Assembly (NCBI RefSeq): GCF_963921235.1
Contig: NC_086097.1
Location: 93,374,001 to 93,438,000 of the forward strand
Direction of reading: 5' to 3'
DNA from: Mobula hypostoma
Lineage: Eukaryota
Length of the DNA: 64,000 nt
Positions 39,841 to 51,335 of the stretch are shown here, one piece after another (the first letter of the stretch is position 1; the number at the start of each line of letters is the position of its first letter). The notes beneath the pieces were generated by a model. It was not told where the DNA came from, made no database searches, and was given only the letters and a program-made list of their open reading frames with translations. Position numbers and translations under genes: made by a program.

Positions 39841-40639
39841 ATTCAAAATGTAAGTTTGTTTATTGTCATTCATCAATGAACAAAATCTGATGCAGCAATA
39901 AAAACACACATAAGATGGAGTCTGCTTCATGTTTAACTCATCATGGTGAACCAACATGTTGAATCATCATGGTTCTGTCTCAGTCCTGTTCACCCAACAT
40001 CTAATGACCAGCTGTTGTCTATTTTAATCTGCTGAGGGAGTTTTCCCTCGTCATTCTGGTAGAGGTGTACATTTCAAATCTGGCCAAAGTCACGCAGTCA
40101 CTGTACTCACGTCCTTCCAGACATGCAGTAGAGAGCATCCTAACATACTGCGTCATTGCTTGGTACGGAAACTGCACTGCAGCAGACAGGAAAGCTCTAC
40201 AATGGGTCGCACTATACCAAAAGGTGGCGGGAAAGGGCTAGTAACATCATGAAGGATCCCACCTACCCTGTTCATGGACTGTTCATCCCACTCCCATTAG
40301 GAGAGAGGCTATGTAGCATCCACACCAGGACCACCAAACTAAAAAGTTACTTCTTCCAAGCAGGAAGGCCTCATCTACTAGCCCACACCACCACACCCTA
40401 ACACCACTACTTTACCATTTCCTGTCAGTCACCTTATATACAGACACTCCTCAGCTTAGCATTTACTTTATGTAAGGACATACAATCAATCTATGTATAA
40501 GTTATATATTTACGTATATTTATAGATTTTTTTCATTATTGGGTCTTTATCTTATTGTGGTTTTTAGTGCTGCATCGGATCCGGAGTAACAATTATTTTG
40601 TTCTCCTTCACACTTGTGTGTTGGAAATGACAATAAGCA

Positions 40640-42795
40640 GTTTGGAGCTGCAGGAATATCAGTCATGAAACAGCACACCTTGATGCCTTCCCCATCATTG
40701 TGGGGGAATTCTTCCAGGCCAGCTTGAAGAAGTCTCTGCCCAACTACCACCAACGTTATCTCCTGTGCAACCAGAAGAGCCAGCACACTTGACCGCTGTT
40801 ATACCACCATCAAGTACGCTTACCGTGCCATCCTACGCCTGCACTTTGGAAAGTCTGATCACCTGGCTGGACTTACACTCTCGAAATACAAGCAGAGAGA
40901 AAATAGCACAGCACTTGTGGTGTGGACCAAGAAGGTATTGTCGAGGAGTGTTTATAGGGTTGCTCTGGGTCAGTGAACTGGACAATATTCAGAGGTTCAT
41001 CTTCGAATCTGAATGAATACGCTGCAGTTGTCACTGACTTCATCAAGACCTGTGTGGATGAGGGTGTGCTTTGAAAACGTACCGGACATACCCAAACAGA
41101 AGCCAGGATGAACCATGAGATTGACAGTCTGCTGAAGGCTACATCCGTGTCATTAAATAACGGTGATCCAGAACCATACAAGAAGCCCAGCTACAACTTA
41201 CGGAAGGCTATTTTTAAGGATGATAAAACGATCCCGATTGAAGTTAGAGACAGATTCCGATGTTCGTCAGCTCTGGCAGGGTTCAGGCCATTACCTCCTA
41301 CAAGGTGAAACCTAACATCATGAATGGCTGCAATGCTTCACTCCCAGATGAGCTCAGTGTCTTTCATACAACCTTTGAAAGGGAGAATTAAACAACACCT
41401 GTGTGGATCCCTGCAGCATCCAGTGTCCCTGTGACCTCTGTTTCAGAGGCCGAAGTCAGAATATCTTTCAAGAGGGTAAATCCTCAGAAGGCGTCAGGCT
41501 CCTGATGCTGTACCTGGTGGGGCACTGAAACCTTGTGCCAACCAACTGGTGGGAGTGTTCAAGGACATCTTCAACCTCTCACTGCTACACTCAGAGTTTC
41601 CCACCTGCTTCAAAAGGGCGACAATCAAACCAGTGCCCAAGAAGAGCAGGGTGAGCAGCTTCAATGACTATCACCCAATTGCACTCACATATACTGGGAT
41701 GAAGTGCTTTGAGAGTTTGGTCAAGACTAAAATCAATTCCTGCCTAGACAAAGACCTGTACCTGCCATAATAGTTCCTCAGCAGGTGCAATCTCACTGGT
41801 TCTCCACTCTGCCTTAGATCCCACTAGGACAACAGGAATACTTACGTGAGGCTGCTGTTTATTGATTACAGCTCAGGGATCAACAGTGTCATCCCCTCTG
41901 TACTAACAGACATGCTCTAAAACCTGGGCCTCTGTACCTCCATCTGTAGTCAACACTGGTGCACCTCAAGAATGCGTACTTAGTCCACTACTCTACTCTC
42001 TCTACACGCATGACTGTGTGGCTTGGCATAGCTTAAATGCATCTATAAATTTGTCGATGACATGCTGTTGTTGGCAGAACTTCAAATGGCAATGAGGAGG
42101 CATACAGTAATAAGACAGATCAGCTGGTGGAGTGGTGCAACAACAGCCTTGCACTCAATGTCAGTAAGACCAAGGAATTGAATATGGACTTCAGGAAAGG
42201 GAAGTCGAGGGAACACAAACCAGTCCTCATCAAGGGATGACCCTTTCCATCAAGGGAACGGGTGAGCAGTTTCAAAGTCCTGGGTGTCAAATCTCTGACG
42301 ATCTAGCCTGGGCGCAAGATATTTATGTAATTACAAAGAAGGCACGACAGTGGCTATATTTCATTAGGAGTTTGAGGAGATTTAGTATGTCACCAAAGAC
42401 TTGCAAATCTCTACAGGATACCATGGAGAGTATTCAAACTGATTGCATCACCATCTGGTCTGGAGAGGCCACTGCAAAGGATCAGAAAAAGCTGCAGGAA
42501 GTTGTACACTCAGATGGCTCTATCATCAGCACTCACCTCCCCTATGTCGAGAGCACCTTCGAAGCGCAATGCCTCAAAAAGACGCCATCCATCACTATGG
42601 ACCCCCATCACCAGGACATGCCCTCTTCTTATTGCTACCAACAAGGAGGAGTTATAGGAGTCTGAAGACACACACTCAACGTTTTAAGGACAGGTTTTTC
42701 CTCTTTACCGTCAGATTTCTGAATGGACAATGAACCCATTTATACTGCACAACAAAATTTATGACGTATGCCAGTGATATTAAACCTGATTCTGG
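40640..42795 (+). mobile_element. Rex1/Babar-like LINE, degraded ORF2 and 3' end
   Basis: [11 protein letters not shown]...PVPKK...NDYHPIALT, LYTHDCVA and KARQWLYFIRSLRRF; tail taaacctgattctg. Confidence 0.85.
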
Positions 42796-42819
42796 AGTAA
42801 GTACATACCATCACGCTAC

Positions 42820-43860
42820 AGAAGTGTCGGTACGTAAGGTGACTCTGACAGGAAATGATAAAGCAGTGGTGTGTGGGGTGGGTTAAGAAGGTTTTGATCA
42901 GCCTGACGCCTTGGTGAAAGTCAGTGTCTTTCAGTCATGGATGTTGTGTTGCTTCTTCCCTGATGGAAGTGGGACAGAGTGGGTGGGATCCTTCATGATA
43001 TTGCTGGACTTTTTCTGGCACCTTTGTGCGATATATGTCCTTGAGAGCTGGTAGGCACATGGGGCAGTTTTGACCACAGGTTGCAAAGCCTTATTGCCTG
43101 TCGCAGTGCAGTTTCAGTATCACACAGTGATACGGCATGTTAGGGTGTGCTGTCTACTCCACATTAGTAGAAGTTCATGAGTATTCATGTCCGTAGTCCA
43201 AGTCTCGTCAGCCTCCTCACAAAATAGACGCAGTGATGAGCTCTATGAGTTGTAGAGGATGTGTTCTGGGACCGTGAGAGGTTGTGTGAGAAAGGAGTTT
43301 CCAGGAGTTTGAAACTGCTCTCAGTTTCCACTGTTGTGCTGCCGATGTGAAGAGTGCTGTGAGTGGTGAGGATTTTCCTGACATCGATAACCATCTCCTT
43401 TGCCTTGTTGACTTTGAGGAAGAGGTTATTTGCCTCTTCCACCTCCTCTCTGTAAGCCGTCTCATTTTTGTTGGTGTCGTGCCATTGGTGGATATGACAA
43501 CCATTGCTCAGGTGTTCGGCCGTGTCGTTACGTGTGAGCAGAGTGTAGCTCAGCACACAGCCTTGGGGGGTGGGGGGGAGTGTGCTGAGGATGATGGGGA
43601 GGGAGTAGCAGTCGTGTATCCTGACCATCTGAGGTCTGTTGGTTAGGAAGTCCATCATCCAGCTACTCAGTGGTGTATTTAGGAGATTTGTTCACCAAGG
43701 TCTGTGGGCCAATGCAGGCATCCTGGTCAGTATGGATGAGTTGCGATGGTCAGTTTCCTTGCCGTGGGATTCATAACTACAAGTCAGTTGAGGTGTGCAG
43801 AAAGTGGGAAAGCAGTGTTGAGGTTGAGATAGGTTATCCAACATCTTATTGCTTGTTGGA
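42820..43860 (-). mobile_element. Rex-like LINE fragment (second family)
   Basis: WMMDFLTNRPQMVRI...PQGCVLS and LKVNKAKEMVIDVRK. Confidence 0.7.
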
Positions 43861-43877
43861 GCATTCTCGAAGAAACC

Positions 43878-44152
43878 TCGGCGCAGAGCGATTGGCACGA
43901 CGCTATCACAGCTCGGGGCATTCCGGAGTTCAGAGTTCAATTCCAGCGCCATTCTGTACGGAGGCTCTGTACGTCCTCCCCGTGGAATGTGTGGGTTTTC
44001 TCCGGGTCCTCCAGTCCAAAGGCTGGGTAGGTTCATTGGTCATTGTAAGTTGTCCTGTGATCAGGCTAGAGTTAATCGGGTTTGTCAGGGATTGCTGGGG
44101 CGCTGTGGCTCAAAGGGCCGATTCTGTGCTCTATCACTAAATAAATAAATAA
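43878..44152 (+). mobile_element. V-SINE (HE1-like)
   Basis: tRNA-like head with gttcaattcc B box, V-domain gtgtgggttttctccgggtcctcc, CR1-like tail ending (taaa)n. Confidence 0.75.
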
Positions 44153-44949
44153 GAATGGACTGGCCTCCTCATTCTTATGTTATATATCATGAAAATCTTG
44201 TAATAACATACACGATGGAACCTATCCTATGACGCGAATGCTGAGTATCAAAACCAGTGTCATCAAAGCTGTAATTTAGTTAGCAGGGGTGTAGATAGAC
44301 ATAAAAAATGATGTCAGTGGAGAATACTTAATCGCCCGGACAGATTTCCATGCTGCAATGTTGCCTTGGAGTATGAAGTCCTCCTAAAATAGAGCGAGCA
44401 TTTTGCAAGCAATGTCGTTACAAAAGGGTATTCCTTTTCGATGATAAGTTTATTTGAAGATATACGATGAGTTGTTCGGATCCACTTTCTAATTTGCTCC
44501 AATCTTTTTTTCTGCTACAATTGTTACAACAGCAGTGATCCTACAGAACATAATTGTAGATTTTATGAAGATATCCCCATGAAAGAACTTCCTTGTCAAC
44601 AAGGACATAATAGGATCAAGGTTAAAATGAAATACTTTTTTTTGGGATCTTTTCGTGATCCATAATGGCAACGCGCTCCACAACTATTTCAGAGTGCCAG
44701 AATGTCGTCAGAAAGATTAGGAATTATTTCCTAGGAAATCTCTGCAGTGGCTTTGACAATCTGGGTGGAGTCTGCCTATTCTAACACTATGAAGCACTGG
44801 ACAAACTATGACCGCAGTATACAGTACTGTTGGACCGTTCCAGCGCCACGATTGCATAGTCATTCACTGCATCGCTTCCCGCTCTACTTGTTTAGTGTGG
44901 CAAGCCCTCAGCCAGCTGCCTGGGAAAGCTAACCAAGAGGTGGAGATGT

Positions 44950-47700
44950 GGGAACAATTGAAGTCCATTGCCCTCCTTCACGGCAACCTCCGCGGGTGCC
45001 CATCAGAGGCGTGGTGTCTGCGCACTGTTTGCACCGGGAGCCCGCGAACAACGTACGCCCTTTCCTTCCCTCAGCGCACCGACCCCGAGGCGCGCCCCCG
45101 GCCCGCTCCCCTCCCCCCCATCCCGTCCCGGGACACCGCCTCCTCCTCGAAGCACAGCAGCACCCGCCGCCGCGCATGCTCCGCCGCGGGCGGCAGGGAA
45201 TGTCAGCACGTCGCGCAGGCGTGGTGGGAATGGAATGCCGACCAGCGACGCGAGGCGATGGGCCGGCGCATGCTCGGTGCGCGCAGGAGCGTCAGCGCGC
45301 AGGCTTCTCGCAGCTGTTAGGTCGCGCAGAATGTCGGAGCGGAGAGCGGGCACTTGGGTCGTGTGGGGCCAAGCTAAAGCATAACACCTTTCCGATCGAG
45401 AGGGCACTGTCGTCTCCCCGCGGGGGCGCGGCGCGGCACCGCACCCCGCCTTCCCATCCCCCCGTCTTTAGAGAGCCGCGTGAGGGAAGGAGGTGGGCAC
45501 CCGCATGCCGGGCAGGCCCTGGGTTTTCACACGCACGCCTGGCGCCATTACCCGTGCGTCCGCAGCTCGCCGTCGCCCCGCACTCCGCCGCCTTCCCGAG
45601 GTGCACCGGCCGGGCGCCCAGAGCCGCGGGGAGGGAAGGAGGGGGTGAGGGCGGCACGTGATCGGCATGGCGTGCGAGAGGCTGCGGGCTTGCGGGCCGT
45701 GCAGAAGGCGCCCGGAGCCCGTCGGCTGAAGAGCGGTGGCGATCGCATCGCAGAGAGCAGGAGAGGTGGAAGAGCAAAGGAAGGGAGAGAAGGTGATGCC
45801 GCGCAGGGAGGAGTAAATCGGCGATAATGGCGAACGTTGGGCGAGCTGCAGAAATTAGCACCTAGAGGTTACCGCCCTTCTGCAGCCGTGGGATTGTGGG
45901 AACCGAGGGAGCCCTCCACTTTCTCGAAAGGGTTTGCAGGGTGTTCCAAAAAGCCAAATCTCAGCCATTCACGCCGAGAGCGAGGGTGGGGGTGGTAGTT
46001 TTAGGGGCAACAATATCCACACAGCCATTATAGGGAAAGCAGGTGTACACATACAGGGTCTGAATTATCATCGAGGCACGGTGGTTAAAGAAAGAGAGCG
46101 GCGAAGCTTGCGCGTATCCGTGGATTTAAAAAAAAATCTGGACGATTAACACGGATCGGGTGTGGGTTTACAGATACCGGACGAGAGCAGCGGCTTGTTT
46201 TCGCACGAGAGGGTAAGTCTCATTTTTGAAGTCTGGCTTCATTTCCCGAAGCAAATAGAACGTGTGCAGAACATGCTCAGAGTTTGGTGTGCTCATCGCA
46301 GTAGACAGCTGATCTGTCACTTGTGTATCACCGAAGTCTGGACGCCGCTGGTTACTGTTCGGAGTTTACGGTATTATACAGTGACAGATTGTTAAAGCAA
46401 AGCGGGAATGTGCAGTCATTGCAAATTTAGATCGTGCGCAGTTGTAAATAGGGGAAACTCTAGCCTCCCAGTTAAATCGAAGAGGCAAGTTACTTGCTGT
46501 GTTGAGGGCAAAGCGCGGGTGGAGATGGGGGGGGTGGGGGAGGAATCCCGGCGGTGACGCAAGAAACATAAGGTATACTGACACAATTGTGCTTCTCTGG
46601 GCACGTGTGAAAACATTAGTCACTGCACCGACACTTAAAAGCAGCCCGTTGCCGTTCCCATATCGAATATAGAGTCAAATCGCCTTTTTGTAAAAACTGC
46701 CTTTAGCTTCACCAGCAGCTTTTGGTCTTGTGATATCTCCGGGAAGGCCCGCGATTTGGCGCTATCGCTCACGGTTTTGTGGGTTTTTTTTTGAGTGTGA
46801 TGGAAGATAGGCTGTCTCCCTGTTTTGCTGTTGCTGAACTCCCTTCCAGCAGCACTCCCCACCCTCCCCCTCCCATTCACGTTGAACGCAAAGCCGGAGG
46901 CTGCCTGCCCCGACTGATATTATATGAGGACACTGGGGGTGGGGTGGTAGGGGATCGCCTGTCCGGTAAGTGTATCCCCGATTCAGCTGGGAAGTTATGG
47001 TCTCCTGATATGAGCGTGTGTGAATTGGAGACATCGAGTGGCCCATCGCTGTCCGGCTTTCTCACGAATCGGTGTATTGGAGATCTCGGACTTCTGATCC
47101 CTTCCGCCCTGCTGCTGTATTGGAATAGATGGCGAACAATGTTGCCAAGACGGGGCCGTTCGGCCGCGCCACCCGCTGCTCTGACCCTGGTCCGACGAGG
47201 GTGGCGGGGAGATGGCAAAGCCGAAGGACGTGAGATGAAGCGGTGGGAGGTTCGGGGTGCTGGGGGGCGTTGGTTATGAAAGCCCCGAGACCGAGCGGAT
47301 CGAGGAAGGCGCCAAATCAAATCGGGAAGCTCGATTGCAGCGGCCTGGGGCGGCAACGATTTCACGTTCACGTGGTGAGGAGGAAGCGGTGCGGAGAGCA
47401 CACCGGCGGATGTGCTCCGGGTGCAGGGCCCGCGCCGACCCGTTCTCATCCCGTTGTTATGTCAAGCAGAGTTTGAGTCATCGGTAAAACCAAACCTTCC
47501 TAAACCAGGCAAGATAAATCGAGCCGATTTGCGTCCTGTCTCTCGGGCGTCCAGCCCCCTCCGAGGGGGCAATGCTGGCTCCACATGTTATCTCTGATCC
47601 GTGCCATGACAATCGGTGCCTGTTATACCGATTTAGCAGGCCTCCAACTTTAGACCGCGGAGAGTCTAGCACATTGAAGTAGGTATTTAGCAAAGAAGAA
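44950..47700. promoter_or_regulatory. CpG island, likely MGA promoter region
   Basis: Abrupt rise in GC and CpG density in an otherwise CpG-depleted window, free of recognisable repeats. Contains CACGTG E-boxes (about 45655, 46602, 47369), E2F-like TTTGGCGC (about 46755) and YY1-like ATGGCG motifs. Lies about 13 kb upstream of the MGA coding exon. Confidence 0.8.
46790..46965 (+). other. Candidate first (5' UTR) exon of MGA; start approximate
   Basis: Consensus donor CCG|GTAAGT (GT at 46966) inside the CpG island, just downstream of the E2F-like site and a T-run. MGA exon 2 begins with an acceptor, so an upstream exon is required. Confidence 0.55.
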
Positions 47701-48779
47701 TGATTTGAAAGCTTTGTATGTAATATTGACATACGCCTGATCGGGTTGAGTTGTGGGTTGCTTTTTGCGGTGTTTTTACGTGTCGGGAAATCATAGTAAA
47801 TATTACCCTGAAATAGGAAGAGACATTTAGAATTATCTGCTTTAATACGTAATATTTTAATTATATGTGATTTTGAAATAGATTGTGTTTAATTTCTTTA
47901 CAACAGTTATATTTGTAAAATAAGCTGCCCCTGTTGTTATAACATTGTTTTACTCGGTCCAATCCAAATAGTTAATCGCTGGATTAGCTGGATTTTTAAA
48001 AGAAAAAGACGTTATGTGCAGCTGATCAAGTTCATGATTATCTTTTTGAAAGCATTTTTGTAAAATAGCTAAGGAAAAATTTTCTGAGCTCAGGAAAGTA
48101 TTGAACTAGTTAGGTGGGCAGAAGTTATTACATTTGGAGTGAGCAAAAAGGGGAAGGGGTAAGTACAATAAATGTAGAGGGAATGAGTGGAGTGGAATCA
48201 TAAACAGGTTTATTATGGCTGACATGTGTTACCAAATTTGTTGTTTTGCATCAGTAGTAGAATGCAAGCCATAAAAACTGCTATTAAGGTTACAAAAGAG
48301 TGCATAACGTTCATGGGTTCATGCAACACTCAGAAACCTGGTGGGGGGCACAAAGCCATTGCTAAGATGCTTATAGTGGGTCCTGTACCTCTTCCCAACA
48401 GGTAGACCACTCGTTACTAGCTTTCAGTCAGGAAAGTTTCTGCCTTCTACTCATGCCAATTTTGGATCCAGGTTGCAACTCATTTTAGGTCCTTTGTGAT
48501 TTCTAGTGCAGCTACTATGCAAGGCCTCATCAAAAGCCAGCTTCAACACTCCAGTTTAGATCCTGACCTCTGGTGCAGTCTGTGTGGGGTTTTGTATGTT
48601 CTCACTTTTCTGTGCTGGTTTCCCTTGGGTTCTCTAGTTTGCACCTGCATCTTAATGGTGTTCTGGTTGGTGGCAATAAATTATTGCTTGTGTGGATTGG
48701 TCACGAAAAGATCATGGGGCATTTGTTGGTCAGTGGGAAAGAATATGTTGCAGCAAAATAAATGGAGGAATAGCTCTGA

Positions 48780-49295
48780 ATGTAAGTTGGAGAAGTCAAT
48801 GTTAACACATCATTGGAGACTACAAAGACAGAATATTATATTTTCACCCTGACGATTTCTCTAACTTCTGGTAACCATTCCCTTCCATGTCCCTTTTGAT
48901 TTCCCTTATTTTCCTCACCACCTGCTGACTAACCCACATCTTCCTCTTTGGTTCCCCTACCCCTTTATTCCATTGTCTACTACCCTCTCCTAATGGATTC
49001 TATCTTATTCAGACATTTTCCCCTCTCAATTCCCAGCTTCTCACATTATTTCCACTTCCCTCCTTCCACCCTATCTACCTAGCTTCCCCCATGACCTGGA
49101 TTTACCTATTACCTTCCAACTCATGTTTCTTCTCCCCACCCTTTTATTCTGGCTACTGCCCTCTTTCTAGTCTTGATAAAGGCTCTTCGCCCATAACACT
49201 GAATATTTGTTTCCCTCCATAGACGCTGCCTGACTTACTGAGGTCTTCTAGCATTTTGTGTGTTGTTCCAGATTTCCAGCATTTGCAGTCTTCAT
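48780..49295 (+). mobile_element. Old Penelope-like pLTR / GIY-YIG remnant
   Basis: Short inverted piece of the GIY-YIG C-terminus followed by a diverged pLTR with a degenerate hammerhead near 49170-49203. Confidence 0.6.
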
Positions 49296-50489
49296 AATAG
49301 CTACTTAACACAATGGGCTTCTTGCTACTTTTCTGCAAAATGTTTGTTGATAAAATTGAAATAGTAAATTAGGAAAATTAAATCATGGATCTGACAGTCA
49401 GAATCATAATGAAGTTCATTATCACTTATGTGTGTCATGACATTTATCGTTTTGTAGCACCTTAAACTTGCGGCTTAAGATGGCATTGGTGAACCTCAGC
49501 AACGTCTGGCTGATGGCTAATGAAACAAGGAAAACTACTAAATACACACTTTTTCTGGCAAGTGATCTTCGTAAGTAATAGTCTGTAACTTTCCTTTGGA
49601 CTTGGAGGCAGTTCGATATGGCGGAACTAAGACGAGGCAGCAGGCCCGGCACCAAGAGTGAGAGAAGTCTGAGGTTAGATTGCTTTAAGCGGCATGCTGA
49701 ATCAGAAGGGTCAGGCACAGTCCGAATCGAGGTGGCGGGGTCCAGGCCCCAGAGTGTATTAAAATGACAACTCAATGATGGGACAGAGATTTAAGCAGTG
49801 GGCCGAATGGGAGAGGTCGCTACAGGCCGAATCAAGGTGGTTGGATCCAGCTCCAGAGTGTATCAAGACAATTGAACCCAATATTTGGATGCCTGTTTAG
49901 GTACCAGGCCAGATTGAAAATGTCAGGGTGTCAGGGGCCGAAGCAAGGAATGGGCCGGTTCAGATTGCTGCTCCTCAACATTTACTTAGCTCTGTGCTGA
50001 ACTATGGGTCTCTGTTTCTGGACTTAAGTTCAGAATGCTATTTGGTTGTGATTATTCTTTGGAGGATTTGTTTTCTTTTCTCTGCACATTGAATGTACCA
50101 TATAACAATTACAGCACAGAAACAGGCCATCTCGGCCCTTCTAGTCCATGCCGAACTCTTACTCTCACCTAGTCCCACCGACCTGCATTCAGCCCATAAC
50201 CCTCCATTCTTTTCCTGTCCAATTTAACTTCAAACGACAACATTGAACCTACCTCAACCACTTCTGCTGGAAGCTTGTTCCACACAGCTACCACTCTCTG
50301 AGTAAAGAAGTTCCCCCTCATGTTACCCCTAAACTTTTGCTTTTTAACTCTCAACTCATGTCCTCTTGTTTGAATCTCCCCCACTCTCAATGGAAAAAGC
50401 CTCTCCACGTCAACTCTATCTATCCCCCTCATAATTTTAAATACCTCTATCAAGTTCCCCCTCAACCTTCTACACTCCAAAGAATAAAG

Positions 50490-50790
50490 CCCCAAACAAC
50501 AGGAATTCTGCAGATGCTGGAAATTCAAGCAACACACATCAAAGTTGATGGTGAACGCAAATACGCCAGACTACAACAGCACCCCCCTTATCAGCGGGTT
50601 GAATAAATACGCCAGACTACAACAGCACCCCCCTTATCAGCAGGTTGAATAAATATGCCTGACTACAACAGCACCCCCCTTATCGGCGGGTTTAATCCTG
50701 ATGAAGGGTCTCGGCCTGAAACGTCGACTGTACCTCTTCCTGGAGATGCTGCCTGGCCTGCTGAGTTCACCAGCAACTTTGATGTGTGTT
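50490..50790. mobile_element. Rearranged Penelope mini-insertion with triplicated RT fragment and hammerhead
   Basis: Flanked by GAATAAAG (50482-50489, 50791-50798); inverted pLTR end, three ~45-bp repeats, then a pLTR piece with CTGATGA...GAAACGTC. Confidence 0.8.
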
Positions 50791-50854
50791 GAATAAAGAC
50801 CCAACTTGTTCAACCTTTCTCTGTAATTTAGGAGATGAAACCCAGGTAACATTC

Positions 50855-51335
50855 CTGGGATGGCAGGACTTTCATATGAAGAAAGACTGGATGAACTGGG
50901 CTTGTACTCGTTGGAATTTAGAAGATTGAGGGGGGATCTGATTGAAACGTATAAGATCCTAAAGGGATTGGACAGGCTAGATGCAGGAAGATTGTTCCCG
51001 ATGTTGGGGAAGTCCAGAACGAGGGGCTACAGTTTGAGGATAGAGGGGAAGCCTTTTAGGACCGAGATTAGGAAAAACTTCTTCACACAGAGAGTGGTGA
51101 ATCTGTGGAATTCTCTGCCATGGGAAACAGTTGAGGCCAGTTCATTGGCTATATTTAAGAGGGAGTTAGATATGGCCCTTGTGGCTATGGGGGTCAGGGG
51201 GTATGGAGGGAAGGCTGGGGCGGGGTTCTGAGTTGGAGGATCAGCCATGATCATAATAAATGGTGGTGCAGACTCAAAGGGCCGAATGGCCTACTCCTGC
51301 ACCTATTTTCTATGTTTCTATGTTTTCTATGTTTC
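50855..51335 (+). mobile_element. CR1 3' fragment inserted in the opposite-strand CR1
   Basis: LSYEERLDELGLYSLEFRRLRGDLIETYKIL; (tttctatg)n tail; TSD TAACATTC at 50847-50854 and 51336-51343. Confidence 0.9.

Noticed and set aside
1..44900. Exons of a neighbouring host gene upstream of MGA
   Set aside because: No coding exon of a known gene could be recognised by eye; small diverged exons cannot be excluded.
44808..47600. Many long overlapping ORFs (up to 237 aa) in the GC-rich region
   Set aside because: Arg/Pro/Gly/Ala-rich in all frames on both strands, as expected from stop-codon scarcity in a CpG island; no recognisable domain. Only the spliced uORF was kept as a hypothesis.
50560..50695. 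CRISPR-like short repeat array
   Set aside because: Tandem units without unique spacers, derived from Penelope RT coding sequence, in a eukaryotic context with no cas genes.
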